From the NCBI GenBank assembly GCA_964246615.1, contig CAXTRP010000001.1:1-32542 (forward strand): a stretch of DNA of 32,542 bases, given 5' to 3'. The position numbers and the translations under genes are program-made. Below the pieces are notes generated by a model. That model saw only the letters and a program-made list of their open reading frames with translations. It searched no databases and had not been told where the DNA came from. Of the stretch, positions 7,265-15,853 are shown piece by piece; positions within the stretch are counted from its first letter, which is position 1; each line of letters begins with the position of its first letter. This stretch comes from an uncultured Caulobacteraceae bacterium. GTDB taxonomy: Bacteria > Pseudomonadota > Alphaproteobacteria > Caulobacterales > Caulobacteraceae.

Positions 7265-8533
7265 TCACGCGATCCCCTCGTCGCAAAGATGGGCACTTGT
7301 CCACGCTCGGCAGCGTTCCGCCCACTGCGCCATCGCCATGTCGCCGATACGCCGCCCTTGGGCGATGAGCAGGTCCTGCCGTTGCAACATGGCCGCCACC
7401 ACCATGTCGGTGCGGGCTAGGTCGGGTCCATAGGCATCGAGGAAGACGCCGAGCCGGCGGCGCTGCTCCGGAACGGCCTGCTCCGTGCCGCCGAGGTCGA
7501 GCCAGAGCCAGGCGGCGTAGCCGAGATCGTTCGCCCGCGTGCCGGGCGCGGCTGCGTCGAAGTCGATGAGCGCGACCGGCACGCCAGCGCGGAACACGGC
7601 ATTGCAGGGCGACAGATCGTTGTGGCAGACGACCTCGAGGCCGGCACCACTTGCGGCGGGTGCAGCCAGCAGCGACGCAGTGGCGTCGTGGTATCCGCGG
7701 ATCAGCTTCGAGGCGGCCACCAGCACGTCGTCGCCATGGGTCGCGGACAGATCGTCCGGCACCTCTCCTTCGATCCACCCCAGCACGTCGCGCCCTTCGA
7801 CGTCGCGGCCACGGGAAGGCGGGGTGCCGTCGAACCCCGCGGCCTCGAGATGGCGGAGCAAGCGGTGGACCAGGTCGGAATTCAGCGCCGGCAATCGGCG
7901 GACGGTGTCGCCGATGCGAACGACGCCCGGCGTGGTCCGTCCGCCGGTGAGCGGGATCTGCCCGGACCCGAGCAGCTCATGGGCCAGCACGCCCATCATC
8001 ACGTCGTCGTGCCACGCGCCGCCGACGCGGGCGGCGTCCCGCTCTCGCCCTTCCACGACGAAGCCGCAGGCGCGGTAGCAGCGGATGGCGCGCTTGTTGT
8101 AGGCGACCACGCGCAGTCCGACCCGATGCAGCCCGAGCGGGCCGAAGGCGTGCGCCAGCACGAGCCGGACCGCCTCCTGTCCCAGCCCCATCCCAAGCCG
8201 CGCCGGATCGTAGAAGCCGATCGCCAGCCGCGCCCGTCGGTCATGCGAGTCCACCCCGTCCAGGCGCGCTTCGCCGAGTAGCCGACCGTCGTGCTCCACC
8301 ACCCAGGCATGCGGGTGTCGCGACAAGGCTTCCACCCAGCGCGCGGCGTCCGCTTCGGTCAGGGACGGCAATCCGTCCGGGTCGGTCCCGAACATGCGCA
8401 TGATCTCAGGGTCTCTGCCCAACGCGAGCCGGCTCGCGACGTCGTCCGAATAGGGCTGGCGCAACACGACACGTCGCCCGTGCAGCACCGATCCCTCAGC
8501 CATCGCGCCTGGAGCGGGGGGCTCGTTCGTCAT
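7265..8533 (-). CDS. GNAT (RimL-type) N-acetyltransferase fused to an APH-family phosphotransferase
   Basis: The N-terminal half has GMGLGQEAV...NKRAIRCYRACGF..EG. The C-terminal half has CHNDLSPCN (Brenner motif) and LIDFD. It is one uninterrupted frame; the start is 8533 or 8503. Confidence 0.85.
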   Translation of the reverse strand: MTNEPPAPGAMAEGSVLHGRRVVLRQPYSDDVASRLALGRDPEIMRMFGTDPDGLPSLTEADAARWVEALSRHPHAWVVEHDGRLLGEARLDGVDSHDRRARLAIGFYDPARLGMGLGQEAVRLVLAHAFGPLGLHRVGLRVVAYNKRAIRCYRACGFVVEGRERDAARVGGAWHDDVMMGVLAHELLGSGQIPLTGGRTTPGVVRIGDTVRRLPALNSDLVHRLLRHLEAAGFDGTPPSRGRDVEGRDVLGWIEGEVPDDLSATHGDDVLVAASKLIRGYHDATASLLAAPAASGAGLEVVCHNDLSPCNAVFRAGVPVALIDFDAAAPGTRANDLGYAAWLWLDLGGTEQAVPEQRRRLGVFLDAYGPDLARTDMVVAAMLQRQDLLIAQGRRIGDMAMAQWAERCRAWTSAHLCDEGIA

Positions 8534-8627
8534 TCCACTCGGCCGTGATGCAACGTGGCGCCTCCAGCAATCGGTGTGTCGAAGCGGCGTCTGGAGCGGA
8601 CTGTCAACCCGGTGTTGAATGTGCGCC

Positions 8628-10109
8628 ATGGACCGGCGACGCATCATCTGCACCGTTTTCGCGATGCTTGCCGGCGCCTTGTCGCCGGGGACGGCTGCAA
8701 GGCCGGCACACGCTGCGGAGACACCGCACTTCGAACCAACCTCGTGCGGCGGCTTGCCCGATGTCGCCGATATCCTGTCCCGGCTGCGCTGCGGGGTCGT
8801 GCGAGTGCCGCGAGACCACGCCCACCCGGAGGGCCCGACCTTCTCCCTGGCGGTCGTCGTGGTCAGGAGCGAACGGCAGCCCGTCCATCCCGATCCCGTC
8901 TTGTACATCAGCGGCGGACCCGGGGCACCGCTGACCGTCTTCACGGGCTTCCAGGCACGCCACCCCTACGCCGACGACCGCGACCTCATCCTGGTCGACC
9001 AGCGCGGCACCGGTCGCTCGGAACCGCGTCTCTGTCCCGACCTCCAGCGCGATCTCGTCACCGCCATGCTCGGCGTCGCGGCCGAATCGACGCCGGCCAC
9101 CCTGGCTGCCGACGGTGCGGCTCACGCCGCCTGCCGAGGCGAGCTTGCTGCCCATGGCGTCGATCCGGACAATTTCGGCACCGCCGCCACCGTGGAGGAC
9201 TACGAGTGGGTACGGCGCGCGCTCGGGGTGGCACGCTGGAACGTGGTCGGCGAAAGCTACGGGACGACGGTGGCCATGACGCTGCTCGCACATCACCCGG
9301 ATAGCATTCGTTCGGCCGTCCTCGACAGCCTCAACCCACCCGATGCCTTCTTCGGCATGTCTTGGTCGATGCGGGTGTCCCAGGCACGAGACGCATTATT
9401 GGCGGCATGCGAGGCCAACCCAATCTGCGGAGCGTCCTATCCGGACCTGGCCGGTTCCTACCGACAGGCCGTGGCAAGGCTGGCACAGGATGCACCCCTC
9501 GTTCCCTTGCCAATGGGCCTGCATGTGCCGGGTAACCGCGTGCGGCTCAGGCCGTCGCTGTTCGAGGAGGTGGTCGGCCGGCTCGTCTACTACCCTCCCA
9601 GCCATGCCGGGCTGCCCCGCCTCATCACCGCGACCCACGATGGCGACCTGCAGCCGGTCGGCTCGGCCCTCGCGACCTTGCTGGAAGGCGCGGAGCGGAC
9701 CGGGAACGAGGGCGCGTTCGTCGCCGTCGAATGCCGCGACCGACCGCACTGGCGCGAGCCGGTTGCCCCGGATGCGAGCCCGCTGGACCTCGCGCTGTTG
9801 CCGCCGGGTGCCTGCGCCGCCTGGTCGGCGCCCGGACCCGAGCCCGACGTGCCGCACGACACGGCCGTGCCGACCTTCGTCCTTGCCGGGCAGTTCGATC
9901 CCAACATCACGCCTCGGCAGAGCCGCCGGGTGGCCGACCGGATCGGCCCGCGGGCGCGCTGGCTCCCGTTCGCCGGGATCGGACACAACGTCCGGCATTT
10001 CAGCCCCTGTGCCCAGACGCTGGTGGCGGCGTTCATCGCGCGGCCCGATCGGCAGCTCGACACGGCATGCGCGGAGTCGGGCGCCGCTTTCGAGCCGCCG
10101 CAGCAGTGA
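8628..10109 (+). CDS. Secreted alpha/beta hydrolase (TAP/tripeptidyl-peptidase-like)
   Basis: Has a signal peptide, SGGPG, DQRGTGRS, the GESYG nucleophile elbow, GQFDPNIT (Asp) and GIGHNV (His). Confidence 0.9.
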   Translation: MDRRRIICTVFAMLAGALSPGTAARPAHAAETPHFEPTSCGGLPDVADILSRLRCGVVRVPRDHAHPEGPTFSLAVVVVRSERQPVHPDPVLYISGGPGAPLTVFTGFQARHPYADDRDLILVDQRGTGRSEPRLCPDLQRDLVTAMLGVAAESTPATLAADGAAHAACRGELAAHGVDPDNFGTAATVEDYEWVRRALGVARWNVVGESYGTTVAMTLLAHHPDSIRSAVLDSLNPPDAFFGMSWSMRVSQARDALLAACEANPICGASYPDLAGSYRQAVARLAQDAPLVPLPMGLHVPGNRVRLRPSLFEEVVGRLVYYPPSHAGLPRLITATHDGDLQPVGSALATLLEGAERTGNEGAFVAVECRDRPHWREPVAPDASPLDLALLPPGACAAWSAPGPEPDVPHDTAVPTFVLAGQFDPNITPRQSRRVADRIGPRARWLPFAGIGHNVRHFSPCAQTLVAAFIARPDRQLDTACAESGAAFEPPQQ

Positions 10110-11011
10110 GGCCCGCCGCGCACCTGCTTCTAGGACGGCTCATCACCGCCGTCGTTCAAGGGAACGATGTCCTTTCGGATGCCGCGACCCCCGTGCCCTG
10201 GTGGAGCTACGGGAAGACCGTGCTCGCGAGTGCCGCGCTGGCCCTCGTGTCCCAGGACCGCTTGCAGCTCGACGAACCGGTCCGCGGCAGGCCGTTCACG
10301 CTGCGTCAGCTCCTGGGGCATCGCGCCGGGTTGCGCTGTTACGGCACGCAACGCGCCTACCATGCCGCCGTAGCTGCAGGTGAGGAGCCTTGGTCCGCGG
10401 AGGACATGCTTCGGCGGATCGATGTCGACGCCCTGGCCTATGACCCGGGTCACGGCTGGGGATACTCGAACGTCGGCTACCTCCTGGTGCGCGACCTGAT
10501 CGAGACCGCGGCCGGATCGCCACTGGGTCCGGCTCTGCAGCACCTTGCCTTCACGCCGCTCGGCATCTCGGGCGTCGCGGTCGCCCGGGAACCCGCCGAC
10601 CTGGACGCGACCGCATGGGGCAACGTCCAGCGCTACCATCCGGGTTGGGTGTATCACGGGCTGCTGGTCGGACCGCTGGAGGCGGCCGCGCTGTTCCTGC
10701 ACCGCCTGCTCGCCGGCCACCTCCTGGCGCCCGACATGCTGGTTGCGATGCGGGAGGCGCATGTGGTCGGAGGTGCGATCGCCGGGCGGCCCTGGACGAC
10801 CGCCGGCTACGGGCTCGGCGTGATGATCGGACAGGGCGAGCCGCCGGGCGAGTACATCGGGCATACCGGCGGTGGACCCGGCAGCACCTCGGCCGTCTAT
10901 CAACGCGCCGATCCCCCGGCCAACGGGAGCCCTCGATGCACGGCCGCGGCGTTCGCGCCGCTAGACGACCCCGGGGTGGTCGAAGCGCGGGCCATGGCGC
11001 TCGCCGCGTAG
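10106..11011 (+). CDS. Serine hydrolase, beta-lactamase (class C)/D-Ala-D-Ala peptidase family
   Basis: SYGK (SxxK), YSN and GHTGG motifs are present. The GTG start overlaps the upstream TGA. Confidence 0.85.
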   Translation: MRPAAHLLLGRLITAVVQGNDVLSDAATPVPWWSYGKTVLASAALALVSQDRLQLDEPVRGRPFTLRQLLGHRAGLRCYGTQRAYHAAVAAGEEPWSAEDMLRRIDVDALAYDPGHGWGYSNVGYLLVRDLIETAAGSPLGPALQHLAFTPLGISGVAVAREPADLDATAWGNVQRYHPGWVYHGLLVGPLEAAALFLHRLLAGHLLAPDMLVAMREAHVVGGAIAGRPWTTAGYGLGVMIGQGEPPGEYIGHTGGGPGSTSAVYQRADPPANGSPRCTAAAFAPLDDPGVVEARAMALAA

Positions 11012-11042
11012 GGGACAGCTCGCGGATCGGGCTGACCACGAC

Positions 11043-12716
11043 TCAAGAGGCGGCAGATCCGGCTTCCGGCGAAGCGGCGTCTCCGGCCAGCACGTCTGCC
11101 ACATCCTCGGAGAACGGGAGGACCCTTCCGTCGATCAGCATCCGATCCGGACCGGATGGGTCGCGCTCCGCATTCGGGAGCCCATGGGCGACGAGCACGC
11201 GGGCGCACCCAACCCAGTCCGGGTCGACCACACCGGACGGCTCGTTGACGCAGGCCCAGGACAGGGTGCCGAGCACGTCGCTGCCGAAGCCCTGCCCTTC
11301 ACGCCAGCTGGCACCGTGTGCGAGGAGGAACGCCGTCAACTCCACCCCGCCGCGGAACACGGCCAGGTTCAGCGCCGTCGCGTCCCAGTCGCCGCCGCGG
11401 GCGGCCACTGGCCAACCCAACTCGACCATGGCCCGTGCCGCCGCCGGGGAGCCCCATGCGACCGCATCGGGCAGGAGGCGGAGCCGGTCGGCAGGCAGGG
11501 AGGCGGGCAGGTCCGGTCGCCCGGCCTGTATGCGGCGCGCTTCCACGATGTCGCCCCGGGCGCAGGCGGCGATGAATGCCTCGTCCTCCGTCAGCGCCTC
11601 CACCGCCCCGGCAGTCTGGAGCATCGCCGCGACCTCCCTCAGCCCGGCCTGCATGGCGAGTTGGTAGGCGCCGATGCCGCCCGGGGTGCGCGCCCCTGTA
11701 TCGGCGCCGGCCGCCAGAAGCGCGGCGACGTGGCGAGGCGAGCACCGTATCCCGATCGCGCGCAGAAGCAGGGTGCCCCAGTCGCGTCGGACCGCGCCGC
11801 CGACCGGCTCGTTCGCGTTGCCGCCGTTGGCGAGCAGCAGTTCGAGGGCTATCGGGCTTTGCATGTCCAGCGCACGGCCGAGGGCGTTGGTGCCGCCGAT
11901 CCGAGCGCCGCGCCGTAACAGCAGGCGCGTGCACTCGGGGTTCTCCAGCGAATGATAGAGCGACTCGTTGTCGTTCGGGTCGGCGCCGGCGTCGAGCAGC
12001 AAGGCGGTGAGGGCCGGGTCACGGCCGACGCCGGCGGCGCCGTAGAGCGCGGACAGTGGCCCATCCTCGTCGGGCGCGGCGAGTGACGCCGGCGGGAAGC
12101 GGTTGAAGATGCGCCCGTTGGGGTCGGCGCCCGCCCGGAGCAGATGGTGCGCGCAGCTGAGGAGACCCTCCCTGGTTTCCGGCAGGCGGCCCAGGCGGGA
12201 GTGCGTGACCGCGACCAGCGGCGGCAGGCCGAACGGTCCGCCGGCGCGCACCACCCACGAAGGGTCCGCGGCGACGGCACGCGAGAGGCCGTCGAGCCGC
12301 CCGGCCGCGCAGGCGACCCAAGGGTCGTCGGCCAGGTCGGGCGTCTCGCGCAGCATCCGCTCGGCAAGGCCAGGGCGGGCGGCGGCAAGACTGCCGGTCA
12401 CATCGCCGCCGTACGCCAGCCCCAACCAGCGCCGGATGGCGGTTGCCCGGTCGCCCCGTGCGAGGATACGAGCTTCCACTTGCAAGGTCAGTTCGGACCA
12501 GGATGGAAAGCCGTACTGGCGCGCCAAGCAGGATCGTGCATCGTGCAGGCGTAGGTCGAGCGCAGCGATCCGGGCATCCGAGAAGCCCGATGCGGCCGGC
12601 AGGAACTGGGCGAAGCGGGCCAGCGCGAGCGGATCGCCCGCGCGGGCAGAGCGGAGCAGGTCCTTGGCCTGCTTCCTCAGATGGTCGAGATTGGCCCGAT
12701 CGGGCAGCGTGTCCAT
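11043..12716 (-). CDS. Ankyrin-repeat protein with an N-terminal LPDRANLDHLRKQAK...ARQYGFPSW helical domain
   Basis: Repeated LLxAGADPN, SALYGAA and TALNLAVFRG ankyrin units; GGAGG RBS. Confidence 0.88.
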   Translation of the reverse strand: MDTLPDRANLDHLRKQAKDLLRSARAGDPLALARFAQFLPAASGFSDARIAALDLRLHDARSCLARQYGFPSWSELTLQVEARILARGDRATAIRRWLGLAYGGDVTGSLAAARPGLAERMLRETPDLADDPWVACAAGRLDGLSRAVAADPSWVVRAGGPFGLPPLVAVTHSRLGRLPETREGLLSCAHHLLRAGADPNGRIFNRFPPASLAAPDEDGPLSALYGAAGVGRDPALTALLLDAGADPNDNESLYHSLENPECTRLLLRRGARIGGTNALGRALDMQSPIALELLLANGGNANEPVGGAVRRDWGTLLLRAIGIRCSPRHVAALLAAGADTGARTPGGIGAYQLAMQAGLREVAAMLQTAGAVEALTEDEAFIAACARGDIVEARRIQAGRPDLPASLPADRLRLLPDAVAWGSPAAARAMVELGWPVAARGGDWDATALNLAVFRGGVELTAFLLAHGASWREGQGFGSDVLGTLSWACVNEPSGVVDPDWVGCARVLVAHGLPNAERDPSGPDRMLIDGRVLPFSEDVADVLAGDAASPEAGSAAS

Positions 12717-12881
12717 GGCAGACCTCCGTGCGTTCGATGGCCGAAGGTCCGCAATACCGGCAGCACAAAGGTGGGCGCTGGGTTAGCTCGAGAGTGACAG
12801 GTGGGTTCAACCCTTTCCGCGGACCCGGAGGCGGCCTGCACCGCAGCTAAGACGGTAGAAGCGACCTGACATTATAGTCAA
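12717..12881 (-). promoter_or_regulatory. Putative sigma70 promoter and structured 5' leader that sequesters the RBS
   Basis: TTGACT-N18-TACCGT on the minus strand (12881-12852). Complementary blocks are 12826-12839 with 12718-12728 (covering the SD) and 12818-12825 with 12746-12753. Confidence 0.5.
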
Positions 12882-12952
12882 TGGTCCACTCGAAGGCCCC
12901 AAGATTACGAGCGTTCGCCTCCGAACACTCCATCGGTCACCGTCGAGGCACC

Positions 12953-14443
12953 TCAGTAGGTGGCCCGCCGCTTGGCACCGGGACGGCCATGCTCGGCCTG
13001 GAGCGCAAGCCCTTCGGCCCAGATGTCGCGGCCGAACTGAAGATGGAGGTGCGGGAGATCCGCCAGCGCCCAGCCTTCCGGCTCTGAGCTGCCATCACAC
13101 CGCCAGAACTGCACGGCCCTGAGCGAGACGTGGTCATCGTAGGGAGCGACCGCGTTCTCGCTCTGCCACAGCCGCGCGCGGAAGGCAGGCCATCCGGCCG
13201 CTGCGACGTATGCTCCGTCGCATATCGTCGCCACGCCAGGCGTGGGCAGATATCCGCCCGACATGCCTGCCCGCTCCAGTTCGTCTGACGTCAGACAGCA
13301 GTAGCCGCCTCCGCGCCGGGTGCCGATGCCCCCCGGCCCGTACCACATCGTTCCGGCAGATCGGAATACGTCCGTGCGGTCGTTGCTGAATGCGGAGTGA
13401 TCCGGGACGCTGGCTGCGTGCGACAACATCGAGTCCACGCGGTCGAGTGCGCATCGTGACAACGCCGCCGACTGGCCGTGGACCAACAGCCCGTCCTGGG
13501 CCGCCGGCCCCGGGCAGTGTCCCCGAAGTCCTAGACCAGGTGGGATCGGGCACGCCCCGGCCTGCATGAGCAAGTCGATCATGTCGAGGATCACGTGGCT
13601 GCCGACGATGCGTCCGCGTTCTATGGCGTGGATCTCACCGAACCGCAGGCGCACCAGGCCGACCGGCTCCAGGCCCCAGAGCGGGTAGAACATTTTTCCC
13701 TGGTAGTATCCCGTCGCGGCGATCCAGTCCCGCCCGCCCGAGCGTCCGCCCATCAGGATGTCGTCGCGACGCGTCAACCCCGGCATCGCCTCCTTCAACG
13801 GGCGCCAGAATCCGCAGATGATGTCGTCGTGGCCGTTGAGCGTCCCGACCGGGTGCGAACACGACAAGGTGGCGCCTTCGGCGTAGAGGGCTTGGATGCA
13901 ATCATCAGCGGCATGGCCGTCAGTCAGCGCGGCCTCCCGCAACCCCTTGAGGATGCGGCGCTTCACGACCGCTGGTTCATGGTCCTGCATCCTCACCGGC
14001 GGCAGGAACCTGCCCCTTGGGTCGTCGTCGTCCGTGCCATCCGCATCGACCGGCACGGCCTCCGCGGCGAGCAGCGACCGATACCCGCGCACGGCACCCC
14101 GCTTCGCAGCGGCGACCAACGCGGCGTGGAACGGGTTCCAGGCGGATTCGACGTCGGCTGCACCCAGCAACGCCTCGAACTCGGCCTTCGGAAGCGCGAG
14201 GGCTTCATCGACCATTCGCCGCGGGGCGTAGCGCTGGAGGAACTCGGTCAACTCCCGGCCATCCGCCGGGCGCCACTTGAACTGCGACAGGTCCCCTTCG
14301 TGAATCGCGTGGAGCGCGCCGTCGGGTTTCGGCCATGGATAGCGGTCCCGTCGATGGTCCAGGAGGACCTCGGCTTCCTCGGCGTCCGAGATGGCCTCCA
14401 TCTCCGCCTCCCCGCCCAGGACCTTCGTTCGATCTGCATCCAT
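12953..14443 (-). CDS. SnoaL-like/ester cyclase (NTF2-fold) domain protein with an extra N-terminal domain
   Basis: HPVGTLNG...FWRPL...RRDDILMGG...WIAATG...LRFGE and MWYGPGGIGT motifs of the tandem SnoaL family; GGAGG RBS before ATG 14443. Confidence 0.7.
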   Translation of the reverse strand: MDADRTKVLGGEAEMEAISDAEEAEVLLDHRRDRYPWPKPDGALHAIHEGDLSQFKWRPADGRELTEFLQRYAPRRMVDEALALPKAEFEALLGAADVESAWNPFHAALVAAAKRGAVRGYRSLLAAEAVPVDADGTDDDDPRGRFLPPVRMQDHEPAVVKRRILKGLREAALTDGHAADDCIQALYAEGATLSCSHPVGTLNGHDDIICGFWRPLKEAMPGLTRRDDILMGGRSGGRDWIAATGYYQGKMFYPLWGLEPVGLVRLRFGEIHAIERGRIVGSHVILDMIDLLMQAGACPIPPGLGLRGHCPGPAAQDGLLVHGQSAALSRCALDRVDSMLSHAASVPDHSAFSNDRTDVFRSAGTMWYGPGGIGTRRGGGYCCLTSDELERAGMSGGYLPTPGVATICDGAYVAAAGWPAFRARLWQSENAVAPYDDHVSLRAVQFWRCDGSSEPEGWALADLPHLHLQFGRDIWAEGLALQAEHGRPGAKRRATY

Positions 14444-14635
14444 GGCGGCGTTCCCTCCCGTATGGCGACGTGCCCGAATCAGCACCAATGTTCATGATCT
14501 GTGCATGCGGCCCGTGAGATCGGTAGCTCCTTCGTGGAGGCCCGGCCTGCGGGCGGTGAGCACGCGCGCCGCGTCTGCACGGCGGTGCGGGCGGCGAACC
14601 GGGGATCGAAGCGGGAGTGGTCAGGTGGCGGTAAG

Positions 14636-14866
14636 TCACGTGAACCACGCGAGGACCTCGTCGATGGACCGGCGCACCACCACAACCCGGCCGCCGGTCA
14701 GGTGCATGACTGTGGCGTCGCCCGCGTCGTCGGCGTCGGACAGGGCCAGCACGGCTCCCGCCTTGACCGCATGGCGCAGGCCCTCATCGTCCCGGAGCAC
14801 GAGGAACCCACCCACGCGCTGGCCCGAGATGATGTCAACCATCGCCGCCGCACCCCAATGGGTCAT
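14636..14866 (-). CDS. Small hypothetical protein (about 68-76 aa)
   Basis: Beta-rich, protein-like sequence with GC-typical codon use; a decayed paralog lies at 23769-23940. Confidence 0.7.
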   Translation of the reverse strand: MTHWGAAAMVDIISGQRVGGFLVLRDDEGLRHAVKAGAVLALSDADDAGDATVMHLTGGRVVVVRRSIDEVLAWFT

Positions 14867-14999
14867 GATCGATCGATGTCATGGTTCGCCTCCTGATCGG
14901 GTCATTGCCCGAAGCTGCGCAGCTGCGACGCCGTCGATCGGATCGTCGTGCGCGTCGCGGAACCGGGCTTGCCAGCCGGTCGCACCGCGTTCGCGTCGC

Positions 15000-15731
15000 C
15001 TACGACCGCAGCAACCAGATCGGCATGCCCGGCACATTCTTCGCAACGATCCGGACCAAGGTCTTCACCTGCGGGTGCCGCGCGACGTAGTCCCTGACCC
15101 AGGTCCGGCGGTGGGGCATGAGCCATGCGAGCGCCGCCTGCCGCCAGGCCGGGTGGGCCGAGAGCGCGTACGCGATGGCCTGCGGAAGCTGCCAGAGCCG
15201 CCCGTCGCGCCAATGCTCGAGTTGGGCGGTCAGCACCGCGGTGAGCATCATCGGGTCGCGGTAGACCGGATCAGAGCCGTCGATGAGTTCCTGGTAGAGC
15301 GCCAGGAGCGACTCGTACCTGGACGCGGGGTCGTCGTCGAGGTCGGCCGTCTGATCCATGGCCTCCTTGAAGCCGTCCATGGCGTACTCGTCGATCGACA
15401 TCGCAGGGAACGGCAATCCCACAACCGGGGGCCGAACGCCCCCGTGCCCCCCCGACAATATCCGAAGGAGCGTCACCGGCCTGATCTCGAACAGGTGCGG
15501 CAGGTCGGGGTCCTGCACGGAAGCCCCGTCGAGCGCGGCGGCGCACCGGGCGCGCGCCTCGGGCGGATGGATGCCGGCCAAGCTGATGAGGGCGTTCCGT
15601 GGCAGCTCCCAGACGTCCCCGTGGCGCGCGAAGCGGAACCTCTCGCCGTAGGGCGTCATCAGGGTTCCGGTATCCCTACCGGGTGCGACCGTCCAATTCC
15701 CCTTGACCATCCTGATCTTCCATTGCGGCAT
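15000..15731 (-). CDS. Hypothetical protein, 243 aa
   Basis: GGAGG RBS before MPQWKIRMVKGNW and good codon bias; divergent from the helicase gene. Confidence 0.7.
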   Translation of the reverse strand: MPQWKIRMVKGNWTVAPGRDTGTLMTPYGERFRFARHGDVWELPRNALISLAGIHPPEARARCAAALDGASVQDPDLPHLFEIRPVTLLRILSGGHGGVRPPVVGLPFPAMSIDEYAMDGFKEAMDQTADLDDDPASRYESLLALYQELIDGSDPVYRDPMMLTAVLTAQLEHWRDGRLWQLPQAIAYALSAHPAWRQAALAWLMPHRRTWVRDYVARHPQVKTLVRIVAKNVPGMPIWLLRS

Positions 15732-15853
15732 CGGACCCTCCCTGGGGGACGCATTCCCCCTTCCGGATGGTCGATGGCCGACCCCCACCGATCGCGGTTG
15801 GCCAAGCGCCCGCGCCATGGTCTGTTGTCGGAACGATGGAGCGGCGTGGATCG

